In this document: piece by piece, positions 40,373-50,793 of the stretch
Layout: each line of letters opens with the position of its first letter
How positions within the stretch are numbered: the first letter of the stretch is position 1
NCBI GenBank assembly: GCA_963727625.1
Contig: CAVSHR010000004.1
Span: forward strand, 1,088,001-1,152,000
Direction: 5' to 3'
DNA length: 64,000 nucleotides
DNA from: an uncultured delta proteobacterium
GTDB lineage: Bacteria > Desulfobacterota > Binatia > UBA9968
Program-made: the position numbers and the translations under genes
Notes under the pieces: model-generated
What the model saw: only the letters and a program-made list of their open reading frames with translations
Databases searched by the model: none
Told to the model about the DNA's origin: nothing

Positions 40373-41203
40373 ATGGAAAAGATCGGCTTTGTCGGCACTG
40401 GGGCGATGGGCAGCGCTCTCTTATCGCGTTTGAAACTCGCCGGTGGCAGCGCCCTCGCCTTCGACATCGCGCCCAAAGCGATGGAAGCGGCGCGCGCGGA
40501 AGGCGCCCAGACCGCGCCTTCGGCGAAGGCGCTGGCGCAGAATTCGACGCTGATCGACGTGGTCGTGCGCACGGATCAGGAAGTGCTCGAGTGCATGCTC
40601 GGCAACAACGGCGTTTTGGAAGGCGCCGCGCCCGGCACGCTGGTGTTGCTGCATAGCACGATCCGTCCGACGACAACCAAGACCGTCGCTCAAGCCGCGG
40701 CGGACAAGCGGGTTAACGTCATCGACGCCTGCATGACGGCGGTTCCCGGCGTGGTGCGCCAGGGCGGCTTGACGTTCCTCGTCGGCGGCCAAAAAGCATT
40801 CTTTGACCGTGCCAAGCCCCATTTGCTCAGCATGGCCAAGGACGCCGTCCACATGGGAGCGCTCGGCTGCGGCAACGTCACCAAGCTTTTCAAGAATATG
40901 GTCACGGCGTCCGAAGCGCTGATCGTTTACGAAGCGCTGCAGATCGCCAAGGCCGGCGGCGTCAGTTACAAAGCGGCGCTCGACCTAATGCAAAAAACCA
41001 AGTCGCAGCATATCCTAGACCGCTGGGACACCAGATACGATATTTCCGGCGACGAGTTGAAGTTCAACCCGGGGACCAATCTATATGACAAAGACCTGCC
41101 GCTCGCGGCCGAAGTTGGCAAAACGCTCGGCGCGGAAATCCCCGTCGTCGAAGCCCTGGCGAAGTTGGGCGTCAAGTTGAACGGCGGCAAGGTCAGTATC
41201 TAA
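40373..41203 (+). CDS. NAD(P)-dependent beta-hydroxyacid dehydrogenase
   Basis: Motifs GFVGTGAMG, HSTI and KDL. Confidence 0.88.
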   Translation: MEKIGFVGTGAMGSALLSRLKLAGGSALAFDIAPKAMEAARAEGAQTAPSAKALAQNSTLIDVVVRTDQEVLECMLGNNGVLEGAAPGTLVLLHSTIRPTTTKTVAQAAADKRVNVIDACMTAVPGVVRQGGLTFLVGGQKAFFDRAKPHLLSMAKDAVHMGALGCGNVTKLFKNMVTASEALIVYEALQIAKAGGVSYKAALDLMQKTKSQHILDRWDTRYDISGDELKFNPGTNLYDKDLPLAAEVGKTLGAEIPVVEALAKLGVKLNGGKVSI

Positions 41204-41299
41204 GAAGATGAAGGATCAGGGATAAAGGATGGATTAGAGCTTAACTCCATCTTCTTTTCTTATATTATCCGTTATCTTTTATCCTTTATCCTTTTTCTC

Positions 41300-41539
41300 A
41301 TGCGCGCTAAGACCTATCGCGGCCATCGGGTGGAGCTGGAATCGGAATCCACACGCTCGGGCGAATGGGTTGCCAGGGCCACCGTCGTGGTCTTCGAAGG
41401 TAAAAAAGAGAAACGCATTCCGATCTTCGGCCGGCGCCGGGCGACCTTCGATACTTTGAGAGAGGCCAACGCCTACGCCTTCGAGCTGGCTAAACTCTGG
41501 ATTGACGGCAGGACCTGGGGCACCAACGGACATGGTTAA
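41300..41539 (+). CDS. Small hypothetical protein
   Basis: 79 aa; YRG...F-T-REA-AYA-ELAK-WIDG pattern. Confidence 0.65.
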   Translation: MRAKTYRGHRVELESESTRSGEWVARATVVVFEGKKEKRIPIFGRRRATFDTLREANAYAFELAKLWIDGRTWGTNGHG

Positions 41540-41564
41540 TAGCTAATTGACAACGGAGGAGTAG

Positions 41565-41984
41565 ATGGAAATAACCGACGCGCAAACGTTTTTAAAAGAT
41601 AACCACCGTGCTTGCATCGCGGTCAGGCAAAAAGACGGCTGGCCACAGATGACTTTCGTCACGCCCGGCATCGACCCCCAAGGCCGCGTGATCATTACCT
41701 CGCGCGGCACAACCTACAAGATCAAACATATTCGCCGCGATCCGCGGGTATCCATGTTGCTCTTCGGAGAGCAGTACAGCGGCTCGAAGTTCGTGCAGAT
41801 CCACGGCACGGCGGAAATCATCGAGCAGCCGGAGGCAATAGACACGCTGATCTACTGGTACAAGCAGGTGCGCGGCGAGCACAAGGATTGGGAGCAGTAT
41901 AAAAAACAGATGATCGATGAAAAGCGCGTGATCATCCGCGTCAACATCGAGAAAGTCGGCCCGCAGAGCTTGAAGAGAATCTAA
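41565..41984 (+). CDS. PPOX-class (probably F420-dependent) oxidoreductase
   Basis: DGWPQ...K-KHIRRDPRVS...EKRVIIRV. Confidence 0.85.
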   Translation: MEITDAQTFLKDNHRACIAVRQKDGWPQMTFVTPGIDPQGRVIITSRGTTYKIKHIRRDPRVSMLLFGEQYSGSKFVQIHGTAEIIEQPEAIDTLIYWYKQVRGEHKDWEQYKKQMIDEKRVIIRVNIEKVGPQSLKRI

Positions 41985-42098
41985 CCGCTCGACTTCGCTT
42001 ACCCTTTGACTGTGCTCCGCGCCTCCGCGGTGAAGATTGCGAATTTTCTTACCGCAGGCACGCGGAGTACGCCAAGAATTAAATCAAGATGGTTTGAA

Positions 42099-43085
42099 CT
42101 ATGCTGCGGCCGGCAGGCGGCCGCGATTATGCGGCAAATCCAAAAAATCCATGCTCGGCCCGAGCGGCACGATTCCCGTGGAATTGACGTTGCGCTGGCT
42201 GTAGTAGCCCGCCTTGATCTTGTGCAGATCGAAAGTTTCGTTAATGCCCGGCCACTGATAAAGCTCGCGCAAATAATTGACTAGATTCGGACAGTCCTGC
42301 ACGCGCCGCAGATTGCACTTGAAGTGGCTGTAGTACACTAAGTCGAAACGCAGCAGCGTCGGGAACGCGCGCCAGTCCGCTTCGGTGATGCGATCGCCGG
42401 CTAAATAACGCCGCTCGCTCAACAGTTTTTCCATCATGTCGAGGCACTGAAACACCTTTTGAACCGCTTCGTCGTAGGCTTCCTGCGAGCGCGCGAAGCC
42501 GGAGCGGTAGACACCGTTGTTGAACTGGCTGTAGACGATAGCGTTGATACGATCGATCTCCGGGCGCAACGCCTCCGGGTAAAAATCATCGGCGACATCG
42601 GTGTGTGCCTGGAACGCCGAGTTGAACATGCGGATGATTTCCGACGACTCGTTATTGACGATGGCGCGCCGCTCGCGGTCCCACAGCGTCGGCACCGTCA
42701 CTTTGCCGCTGTAATCGGCATCGGCGGCGGCGTAAACTTGAGACAGGCGAAAGACGCCGTCGTCGCTGGGCTGGAAGTCATCGATCGTTTCGGAATAGGC
42801 CCAGCCTTCGGTCTTGGGCCGGTCGGCAATCGACATGGAGATCATATCTTCGAGCTTTTTTAGCTTGCGGAAAATAATCGCCCGATGCGCCCAAGGACAG
42901 TTGTAGGAAACGAAAAGATGGTAGCGCCCTGGCTCCGCCTTGAAGCCCGCGCTTCCGCTTGGCCCCGAGCTACCGTCGGCCGTGATCCAACTACGAAACT
43001 GCGAGTCGGCGCGTTGGAAATAGCCGCGCACATCGGCGGTGATGCGATCCTCGTCCACCCACTTGCCGTGCATCATATGCCCCAT
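42099..43085 (-). CDS. Glutathionyl-hydroquinone reductase (Xi-class GST, YqjG-like)
   Basis: Motifs RYHLFVSYNCPWAHR, VTVPTLWD, NNESSEI and RFDLVYYSHFKCN. Confidence 0.93.
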   Translation of the reverse strand: MGHMMHGKWVDEDRITADVRGYFQRADSQFRSWITADGSSGPSGSAGFKAEPGRYHLFVSYNCPWAHRAIIFRKLKKLEDMISMSIADRPKTEGWAYSETIDDFQPSDDGVFRLSQVYAAADADYSGKVTVPTLWDRERRAIVNNESSEIIRMFNSAFQAHTDVADDFYPEALRPEIDRINAIVYSQFNNGVYRSGFARSQEAYDEAVQKVFQCLDMMEKLLSERRYLAGDRITEADWRAFPTLLRFDLVYYSHFKCNLRRVQDCPNLVNYLRELYQWPGINETFDLHKIKAGYYSQRNVNSTGIVPLGPSMDFLDLPHNRGRLPAAA

Positions 43086-43313
43086 CGGAGTTCTCCTTTC
43101 ACTTCAGATTGACATCTATCAGAATCCCGGCAAGCGCAAAAGCTTCGTCGAGCGCGCACGAAGTTCTCCGGCGGTGGCGTGAAAAATGAATCACGTCTGC
43201 GCCGTTCTCGGCACTCAGGACTCAGGACCGATACTGCCCCAGCAAGCGCGTTGACACTTCAGTCCGCCTTCTGCGATAAACTGCAAGAGAAAACCTCGCC
43301 AGCAGGAGTTAAA

Positions 43314-44270
43314 ATGGAAACAGTCGGTTTCATCGGTCTGGGCAACATGGGCGGACCCGTCGCCGGCCATATTCAGCGGGCGGGCTTCCCGATGGTCGTG
43401 TGCGATCTTCGCGCAGCAGCGACACAGCCGTTTCGCGAACGGGGCGCAGCGGTCATGAAATCCGCCGCGGAGGTGGCGCGGCTGTGCGATATCGTCATCA
43501 CTGCCCTGCCCATGCCGCACGATGTAGAGAGCGTCGCCCGGGGCCCCTGGGGCATTATCGATGGCATCAAAACCGGCGCTATCTACATCGACATCTCGAC
43601 CTGCCCACCGTCGCTGATTCGCGCCCTGGAACCGCTCTTTCGAGAAAAAGGCGCCCATATCCTCGACGCCCCGGTCGCCTCCGGGCAGCCCGGCGCGACG
43701 CGCGGCATTCATGAAGTGATGGTCGGCGGCGAGATCGATATTTTCCGCCGCGCCGAGCCGGTGCTGCGCGCGTTCGGCGATCAGGTGCTCTATGCCGGAC
43801 CGCTTGGTTCGGGCAGCATCTGCAAACTGGTACACCAGATGATCAACAGCACGGTTGCGCAATCGATCTCGGAAGGACTCACGCTTGGCGTGAAGGCCGG
43901 GGTCGACGTTAAAGCGCTGTGGGAGTGCGTACGCCGCGGCATGGTCGGCCGCATGCACGTGCTGCACGTTCAAGTGCCGCAGACCGTCTTTCGGAAAAAT
44001 TACGAAACGGAGACCTTCCCGCTCAAGCTCTTGCGCAAAGATGTCGGCCTGGCCACGTCGCTCGGACGCGAATTGAACGTGCCCTTGCCGCTGGCGAACC
44101 TGACGGAGCAGAGTCTCATGGAAGGATTGAACCGCGGCTGGAGCGATAAATCGGCATACACCGTCACCTTTCAGCTTCAGGAAGAAGCGGCCCAAGTTCA
44201 ATTGACAGCCGATGGAGTCGATCCGCAGCAAGCCGGAGCGTACATTTCGACGCACCCGGAAAAAGGTTAG
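43314..44270 (+). CDS. 3-hydroxyisobutyrate dehydrogenase-family oxidoreductase
   Basis: Motifs GFIGLGNMG, DAPV and KLVHQ. Confidence 0.9.
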   Translation: METVGFIGLGNMGGPVAGHIQRAGFPMVVCDLRAAATQPFRERGAAVMKSAAEVARLCDIVITALPMPHDVESVARGPWGIIDGIKTGAIYIDISTCPPSLIRALEPLFREKGAHILDAPVASGQPGATRGIHEVMVGGEIDIFRRAEPVLRAFGDQVLYAGPLGSGSICKLVHQMINSTVAQSISEGLTLGVKAGVDVKALWECVRRGMVGRMHVLHVQVPQTVFRKNYETETFPLKLLRKDVGLATSLGRELNVPLPLANLTEQSLMEGLNRGWSDKSAYTVTFQLQEEAAQVQLTADGVDPQQAGAYISTHPEKG

Positions 44271-44363
44271 TCACAAGGTCCCTGGCGATCTTTCCGATGC
44301 CTTCCTGGACGGCTTGAACGATTGAAACGTTTTGAACGGCTTGAACGACTTTGGAGGTGAGGG

Positions 44364-45497
44364 ATGGCGAAAAACGGTTTCAAAGTCTTGGACAGCGACA
44401 TGCACATACTCGAACCCGCCGATCTCTGGCAGCGCTACGTCGATAAAAAATTCCAACATCGCGCGCCGGTGGGCACCACGGATCATGTAAGAGATTTGCG
44501 TTTGGTCGGACCCGACGGCAGGGCGTGGGGCCGCCCCGCCGATCTGCCACCCGGAGCACTGCCGCCGCCGGGTCATATTTTTCATAAGAACCAGAAACTT
44601 TTTAAGCCCCACAACGAGCGCGGCTGGTCACCGCAGGTCCAGCTCGACGCCATGGCCGAGGAAGGGATCGATCTGGCAATTCTCTACCCGAGCCGAGGCC
44701 TTAACGTGCTGAGCATTCCCGATCTCGAACCGGAATTTGCCGCCGCTCTGGCGCGCGCATACAACAACTGGCTCTATGAATTCTGCCGGACCGACCCAGG
44801 CAAGCTCGTCGGAGCCGGCATGATTTCACCCTTCGATATCGACGATGCCGTCGCTGAAACCCGCCGCTGCGCGGAACAGTTGGGTTTTCGCGCGATCTTC
44901 TTGCGCGCTAACGTCGTCAATGGCCACAACTGGCACGAACCCTATTACGAGCCGCTCTGGTCGACCCTCGAAGAACTCGATCTACCGCTTGGCTTTCACG
45001 AAGCGAACAACTCGGCGGGGCGCCAGGTCGGCGAACAGTTCGGTTACGATTTCATGCTGCGCCATACGTACTCGCATCCGGTCGAGCAGATGCTCGCCGT
45101 CGGCAGCTTTTGCGCCGGCGGAGTCTTGCGTCGCCATCCCAAACTGCGCGTTGCCTTTCTTGAAGGCAACTGCGGCTGGCTGCCCTTTCTGCTCTGGCGC
45201 CTCGACGAGCATTGGGAGCTCTACGGTGATCAGTGGGCGCCCGAGCAGAAGCAGCGACCGAGCCACTACTTCAAAACACAATGCTACGCGTCGGTGGAAT
45301 GCGACGAGGAGCCGGCCAAATACGCCATCGACTACCTCGGTAACGAGCGCCTGGTGTTTTCCACGGATTTTCCCCATGTCGACACCAAATATCCGAAAGC
45401 CGTCGAGCGCTTTTTGCAACTGCCGATCGGCGACGAGGACAAGCGTAGGATTCTCTGGGATAACTGCGCCAATTATTACGGCCTGGTGGGTCGGTAA
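44364..45497 (+). CDS. Amidohydrolase_2 family protein
   Basis: Motifs DSDMHILEP and FSTDFPH. Confidence 0.9.
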   Translation: MAKNGFKVLDSDMHILEPADLWQRYVDKKFQHRAPVGTTDHVRDLRLVGPDGRAWGRPADLPPGALPPPGHIFHKNQKLFKPHNERGWSPQVQLDAMAEEGIDLAILYPSRGLNVLSIPDLEPEFAAALARAYNNWLYEFCRTDPGKLVGAGMISPFDIDDAVAETRRCAEQLGFRAIFLRANVVNGHNWHEPYYEPLWSTLEELDLPLGFHEANNSAGRQVGEQFGYDFMLRHTYSHPVEQMLAVGSFCAGGVLRRHPKLRVAFLEGNCGWLPFLLWRLDEHWELYGDQWAPEQKQRPSHYFKTQCYASVECDEEPAKYAIDYLGNERLVFSTDFPHVDTKYPKAVERFLQLPIGDEDKRRILWDNCANYYGLVGR

Positions 45498-45665
45498 CCG
45501 CCAAGAGTGAACCAACCATGCGGATGAAAACCTTGAGGATTAATTGAGCCTGCGCATGAAGAAAAGCCGTGCCGGAAAATTCTCAACATCGAAACAATTA
45601 ATTGTGGATTTCGATGTTGCCATCGGCGCGTTAACTTGCTTTGCTTTATAAGGGGAGAGAGCATC

Positions 45666-46166
45666 ATGCCAGCCGCAGGCGCCAGGCTGATTCAACTGTT
45701 CACCGTCATGCTCGCGCTCGTCGTGCCGACAAAGGCGTGGCCCGCCACCGACCAGCTCGAAGAAGTGCTCAAGGAGCAAACCAAAGCACACCAGGAACAG
45801 AAGGCTCAAGAACTTGAAGCTAAAAAACGCCTCGACAATCTGAAGCACGACCAGCAGACCAATCGGTCGCAGCAGCAGCTCGACCAAATCAAACGGGAGA
45901 AGACCGAGCCGTCACAGCCGCAGCCGCAAGCGACGCAAACCCAGCAACAGCTCGACCAACTACGCAACGACCAGCAACTGCGGCGCCTGCAAACCGACCG
46001 ACAGATCAACCGCATCGAGCGCGAGCGCGACCCGCTGCGCCGGCAACAACAGATCGAGAATTTACAGCGCCGGCAGCGGATCGATTCGCTGCAGGACCAG
46101 ATCCGTCGCAACCAAGCCCAGCAGGATCTGGATCGCTTGCGCCAGCAGCAACAAAACCTGCGTTAA
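45666..46166 (+). CDS. Secreted Gln-rich coiled-coil protein
   Basis: Signal peptide (AWP/AT) and repeated QQQLDQL-like units. Confidence 0.7.
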   Translation: MPAAGARLIQLFTVMLALVVPTKAWPATDQLEEVLKEQTKAHQEQKAQELEAKKRLDNLKHDQQTNRSQQQLDQIKREKTEPSQPQPQATQTQQQLDQLRNDQQLRRLQTDRQINRIERERDPLRRQQQIENLQRRQRIDSLQDQIRRNQAQQDLDRLRQQQQNLR

Positions 46167-47281
46167 CTCAATTTTTCCTTTAGCCACTGAAGTATCACCG
46201 CCTGCGAATTGCCGCCCCCCATGTGGCCGCCTGGATAGAAGCGCGCCCATTTGGGGTCGCCATGCTCGAGCAAAAGATACATGTCGGCGATGGGAAAGAC
46301 CGAATCGTTGACGCCGTTGATGCAGAGCATCGGCGCGCAAGGCTTTCTCAGCACACCCTGATCGAGCAGCGACAACTTTGGCGCGTATTCGACCCATTCA
46401 TCGCCCGTCGAACGCCCGAAAGCGCAAGCCAGTGTTTCAGCGAGCTCGAAAGGATATTCACCGCGCTGCGCCTTGAGGATCCAGTCTTTTTGAAATGCGA
46501 AGTGCGCTGGGCCGCCTTGATTGACCGCCGCACGCACGCGCGCTGCGTGGGTGTGCGCGACCTTGGTCGCCCAGTAACCGCCGGTGCTACCGCCGTGAAT
46601 GCCAACCCGGTTTAAATCGAGATCGGCGCGGCTGGCTATATAATCGAAGACGGCTTCCCACGACCGCTCGCCGTTTTCCGACCCGGCAAGCAGCGCATCC
46701 GCGACACCCGGCATGTCGATCGCGAGCGTCGCCAAACCGGCGCGCAAATAAGGATCGCTCGGCCGCTCTTCTTTGAAGGCGTCGATGCCGCCCCAGATGA
46801 CGACCACCGGAGGCTTGGCCGCGCTTTTGGGTTTACGGAGGAGACCAATGGTCGCCGTGCCCTCGCCGGCTTGTCCGTTGAACGGCATCTCGACCCGCTC
46901 CAGCGGCGGATTGAAATAGCGTGCCGCTTTGTGAAAATTGTCCTGTGATTTACGATACGCGGCGAGCTTCCCTGGGGAGTTCGGTGCCGGATATCGCGCC
47001 ACATGATGGCAGTCGTAGGCAATCAGATATTCTCTTCGCGCCGCATCGGCATCCCCCGCGGCCTCGGCTTTCGCCGCGCGCTCTTCGTGCGGCGCCGCCA
47101 GCGCGCTAAATGCCTTGGCCCACTGCTCACGGTCGACGGATTGAAGACTGTCGATTACCGGTGCGACTTCTTCAAAGATCGTGTAAAGAAAAGGATTGCG
47201 GTTCCTCTTGGCGCGCGACAGCAGCTCCTCTTTGACTTCATTCATCGGACGCGCGGCGAAAGGACTGAACGAATTTGCCAT
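46163..47281 (-). CDS. Alpha/beta hydrolase (FrsA / DUF1100-like)
   Basis: Motifs GGIDAFKE, IDMPG, nucleophile elbow GGSTGG, D and GGHMG. Confidence 0.85.
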   Translation of the reverse strand: MANSFSPFAARPMNEVKEELLSRAKRNRNPFLYTIFEEVAPVIDSLQSVDREQWAKAFSALAAPHEERAAKAEAAGDADAARREYLIAYDCHHVARYPAPNSPGKLAAYRKSQDNFHKAARYFNPPLERVEMPFNGQAGEGTATIGLLRKPKSAAKPPVVVIWGGIDAFKEERPSDPYLRAGLATLAIDMPGVADALLAGSENGERSWEAVFDYIASRADLDLNRVGIHGGSTGGYWATKVAHTHAARVRAAVNQGGPAHFAFQKDWILKAQRGEYPFELAETLACAFGRSTGDEWVEYAPKLSLLDQGVLRKPCAPMLCINGVNDSVFPIADMYLLLEHGDPKWARFYPGGHMGGGNSQAVILQWLKEKLS

Positions 47282-47431
47282 GGAATCGACCTCCCTAATT
47301 TTCAATCCAAGCGACGACAGGAAACCTAACCAAAGCCGGTTCGCCAAGTCAATGAGAAATTCATTGAAACAACCCTTTGGCGATTCGCGCCGGTTGACAG
47401 GAAGCAGGATTCTACAGCACTAATCCGAAGA

Positions 47432-47926
47432 ATGGCAGTGCATCAAAACAATCCGGCCGTCCTGCCGGCTGAGCGTTCCGCCGTCGCGGGAGCCCAGACG
47501 TTCCCGCCGGTCGGCGGGTCTTACGACCGCAATGTCATGGCGAGATTTTTGCCGCCGCTGCTGGCGGTAACCAACGTGATTGCCATCTGGTGGCTGCTCT
47601 ATCTCATCCAACCGCGACGGTGGCATGCTCAAGGAAACCGTGGAAAAGCGACCTGCCCTGGTGAAGGCGATTCGCAGCGCATACGCCGATGGAGTGCAGC
47701 TGATCAAGAAAGGTCAAGATGAAGATTTTTTCAAGGCCAAAGCCAAGGAGTTTTCAATCTGAGCCGCCCGCAGGAGATCGCTGCGGGCCTCAAGGTCAAC
47801 AAAGCCAACTTCGCCGACAAGTGGGGCGAAAGCTTTTTCCAGTCGCAGAATAAAATTCTTCAGTCAGGAATTTCACTGGGGTTGCTGCCCAATATCGGCG
47901 ATCTCAAGAACCTGTGGGTCAAGTAG
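47432..47926 (+). pseudogene. Deletion chimera: ABC permease N-terminus joined to a substrate-binding protein C-terminus
   Basis: A single TM helix (LLAVTNVIAIWWLL) is followed by out-of-frame helical fragments ending ...LPNIGDLKNLWVK*. Confidence 0.4.
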
Positions 47927-47992
47927 AAAACGCTGGGTTGCCGCGCCGTGCGGACGAAGAACTACCCGCAAATATCCGGCAGGGTCGTTAGT

Positions 47993-48676
47993 CTATCCAC
48001 GACTGTTGGATAGACCATGATGGACGCGCCGCATTCCCTCCCAGCTGACGAACAAGGTCGGATCGCTCAAGGACGGCAATTTAGCACGATTGCTGCGGCG
48101 TAAATACATTTTGACCCAGTAATCATAAAAGTATTCGAGGTCGTGCTTTGCCTGCTCCATGCGGCCTGCAGCGGTTTCATACCCGACCGTGACCCGGTTG
48201 CCGTTCAGCGAGATCCTCGCCAAAGTCGTGATGTCCCGGTTGTCCAAGTACGATCCCGCGCCGCGCAGGATCTGCGAGATGCTGTAAGGGTCGGGCATCT
48301 TGTTCGAGTCTTCGCGCTTGATTTTGCCGCGCAAGTCGAACTTTTCGATTTCATCCGGCGAGAAACATAGATCGATCCGGTTCTCGGCGCAGCTCAGCGT
48401 CGGCCGGGCGGTCGAGCCGCGCAGCAACTCCCGGACGAAGCGTAAAATAGAGAATTTCACATTTTCCGCGGAAGTCGCTCTTCCCGTGACTAGATAATTT
48501 CCGCTTCTGAGCTCGATATCGAAAGCCGAAAAACTGAACTTTTCAAGCGCCTGTCCGAGCGCCCTAAGCTCACGCGCAAAGCCGGTGAAATTACGATCCC
48601 GTTGCGCCGATCCACTGCCGGGCTTGCCTTCGTCTTGCGCTACAAATGTTTCTTCTTCGGTGATGTCCTGTTTCAT
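47993..48676 (-). CDS. Hypothetical protein
   Basis: 227-aa ORF with RBS AGGAG and internal duplication (LRALGQALE / LRGAGSYLD). Confidence 0.7.
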   Translation of the reverse strand: MKQDITEEETFVAQDEGKPGSGSAQRDRNFTGFARELRALGQALEKFSFSAFDIELRSGNYLVTGRATSAENVKFSILRFVRELLRGSTARPTLSCAENRIDLCFSPDEIEKFDLRGKIKREDSNKMPDPYSISQILRGAGSYLDNRDITTLARISLNGNRVTVGYETAAGRMEQAKHDLEYFYDYWVKMYLRRSNRAKLPSLSDPTLFVSWEGMRRVHHGLSNSRG

Positions 48677-48874
48677 GGTCTGGCTCCTAGCATTCCGCGC
48701 TGATTTTTAATTTCGCTTTCGGCAGCTCGGCGATCACCGGCAATCAGTGTTGAAGCGACTGACACAAGTGACCCGTGGCGTTCCGCCCTCCCCTCGCGAA
48801 GAGTTCGGCTTTTTCAGGCGAGTATCGAAAAGTGCCGCCTAAGTGTCTAGGCTCTACTCCTCGGCTTCAGTAGG

Positions 48875-48890
48875 AGCAACGTTGATGCCA
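48875..48890 (-). promoter_or_regulatory. Sigma-54 promoter
   Basis: TGGCAT-CAACG-TTGCT. Confidence 0.65.
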
Positions 48891-49152
48891 GACCTAAAAG
48901 GGATAAGATTTAACATGAAATGAACGCAATGCCGCACGAAATTTGTCGTGGCTCTGACATCCGTGACAGCGTGGCAAGCCAGAAGAGGCACGCGAGCTTG
49001 CCGCGGGTCGTGCTCGGTCGCAAATGGCGCTTCGAGGGTACTCCCGGCAACTGATGACCGGAGCTGAAATGGCTACGTGCGAACGCCGCGGTGATTAACT
49101 GCGGGAAGGATTCAAAAGCTTGACTTTATCAGGCAAAACTTGACTCCCCCCG

Positions 49153-50637
49153 CTAGGCCGGGTGAGTCGCCCCCATGAGGAATCGGTCGCACTCTCTCGC
49201 GGCGCCGCGCCCTTCGTTGATTGCCCAAACCACCAAACTCTGGCCGCGCCGGCAATCGCCGGCGGCGAAGACACCCGGCGCACTCGTCGCAAACTGGTCG
49301 TAATCAGCCTTGGCATTGGAACGGGAATCGCGCTCCACCCCCAGTTGCGAGAGCACGGCATCTTCCGGCCCAAGAAAGCCCATCGCGAGCAGGACCAAAT
49401 CGGCTTGCAATATTTTCTCGGATCCCGGCACACGTTTGGGGATAAACGCGCCCTGTTCATTCTTCGCCCATTCGACATCGTAGATATGCAATTCTTTCAC
49501 TTGGCCGTCGGCGTCGCCGACAAACTTTTCTCCGGTGGTGAGATAGATTCGCGGGTCCGCGCCGAAACGGGCCGCCACTTCCTCCTGGCCATAGTCGAGC
49601 TTGTAGACCTTGGGCCACTCGGGCCAAGGGTTGTCGGGCTGCCGGGTGTCCGGCGGCCGCGGCAGGATTTCGAGCTGGGTGAGACTCTTGCACCCGTGGC
49701 GCATCGCCGTTCCGACGCAGTCGGTCCCGGTATCGCCGCCGCCGACCACGATCACATGTTTGTCATTCGCGGAAATATAATTGCCGTCATGAAGGCCGGA
49801 GTCGAGTAGGCTCTTGGTATTGGCGCGGAGAAAATCCATTGCCAGGTAAATCCCCTTGAGCTCACGCCCGGGGATCGGTAAGTCGCGCGCCTTGGTCGCA
49901 CCGGTGCACAAAACCACCGCATCAAACTCGTCTTTCAATTTCGTTGCCGGCAGATCCGCGCCGACATGAGCGTTCGTGATGAAGGTAACGCCTTCCGCCG
50001 CCATCAAATCGATGCGCCGTTGGACGATTTTCTTGTCGAGCTTCATGTTCGGAATACCGTACATGAGCAAACCACCGATACGATCGGCGCGCTCGTACAC
50101 GGTCACGAGATGGCCGGCGCGATTGAGCTGAGCGGCGCAAGCAAGCCCCGAAGGGCCCGACCCGATCACGGCGACTTTTTTTCCGGTGCGTTTTTCCGGA
50201 GGCTCCGCGGTCACCCATCCCTGAGCAAAACCATTATCGATGATCGAGCACTCGATGTTTTTGATCGTAACCGGCAACTCATTGAGGCCGAGCACGCAGG
50301 AACCTTCGCACGGTGCCGGGCAGACCCGGCCGGTAAATTCGGGGAAATTATTGGTCTTGTGCAAGCGCTGCAGGGCCTCCTGCCATAGTCCGCGATAGAT
50401 CAAGTCATTCCATTCGGGAATAAGATTATTGACCGGACAGCCGGACGCCATGCCGCTGATCACCTGCCCGGTGTGACAGAAGGGAATACCGCAGTCCATG
50501 CAGCGCGCTCCCTGCTGGCGCAATTTATCCTCGGAGAAATGCTCGTGGAACTCGTTCCAATCTTTCACCCGTTCGAGCGGCGAACGGTCCTGCGGTAACT
50601 CGCGCGCATATTCCATGAAACCCGTTGGTTTGCCCAT
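49153..50637 (-). CDS. gltD: Glutamate synthase small subunit
   Basis: Motifs [40 protein letters not shown] and [10 protein letters not shown]. Confidence 0.97.
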   Translation of the reverse strand: MGKPTGFMEYARELPQDRSPLERVKDWNEFHEHFSEDKLRQQGARCMDCGIPFCHTGQVISGMASGCPVNNLIPEWNDLIYRGLWQEALQRLHKTNNFPEFTGRVCPAPCEGSCVLGLNELPVTIKNIECSIIDNGFAQGWVTAEPPEKRTGKKVAVIGSGPSGLACAAQLNRAGHLVTVYERADRIGGLLMYGIPNMKLDKKIVQRRIDLMAAEGVTFITNAHVGADLPATKLKDEFDAVVLCTGATKARDLPIPGRELKGIYLAMDFLRANTKSLLDSGLHDGNYISANDKHVIVVGGGDTGTDCVGTAMRHGCKSLTQLEILPRPPDTRQPDNPWPEWPKVYKLDYGQEEVAARFGADPRIYLTTGEKFVGDADGQVKELHIYDVEWAKNEQGAFIPKRVPGSEKILQADLVLLAMGFLGPEDAVLSQLGVERDSRSNAKADYDQFATSAPGVFAAGDCRRGQSLVVWAINEGRGAARECDRFLMGATHPA

Positions 50638-50793
50638 CTGTGGTTCTCTCCTAACAATACACAACGATCCCGCGCCGGGCTTGCCGCGTGGGATCGTCGA
50701 GTCTATGTCAGTTTTGAATTTTCGCTTCTGCGCCGCCGAGCGTGCGACGCCGAAATAGGAATTCAAAACGATCGGTCCGGCCGGCGCCGATGG

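Noticed and set aside
45624-45640. Sigma-54 promoter before the Gln-rich gene
   Set aside because: GG to GC spacing is 11 nt rather than the required 10.
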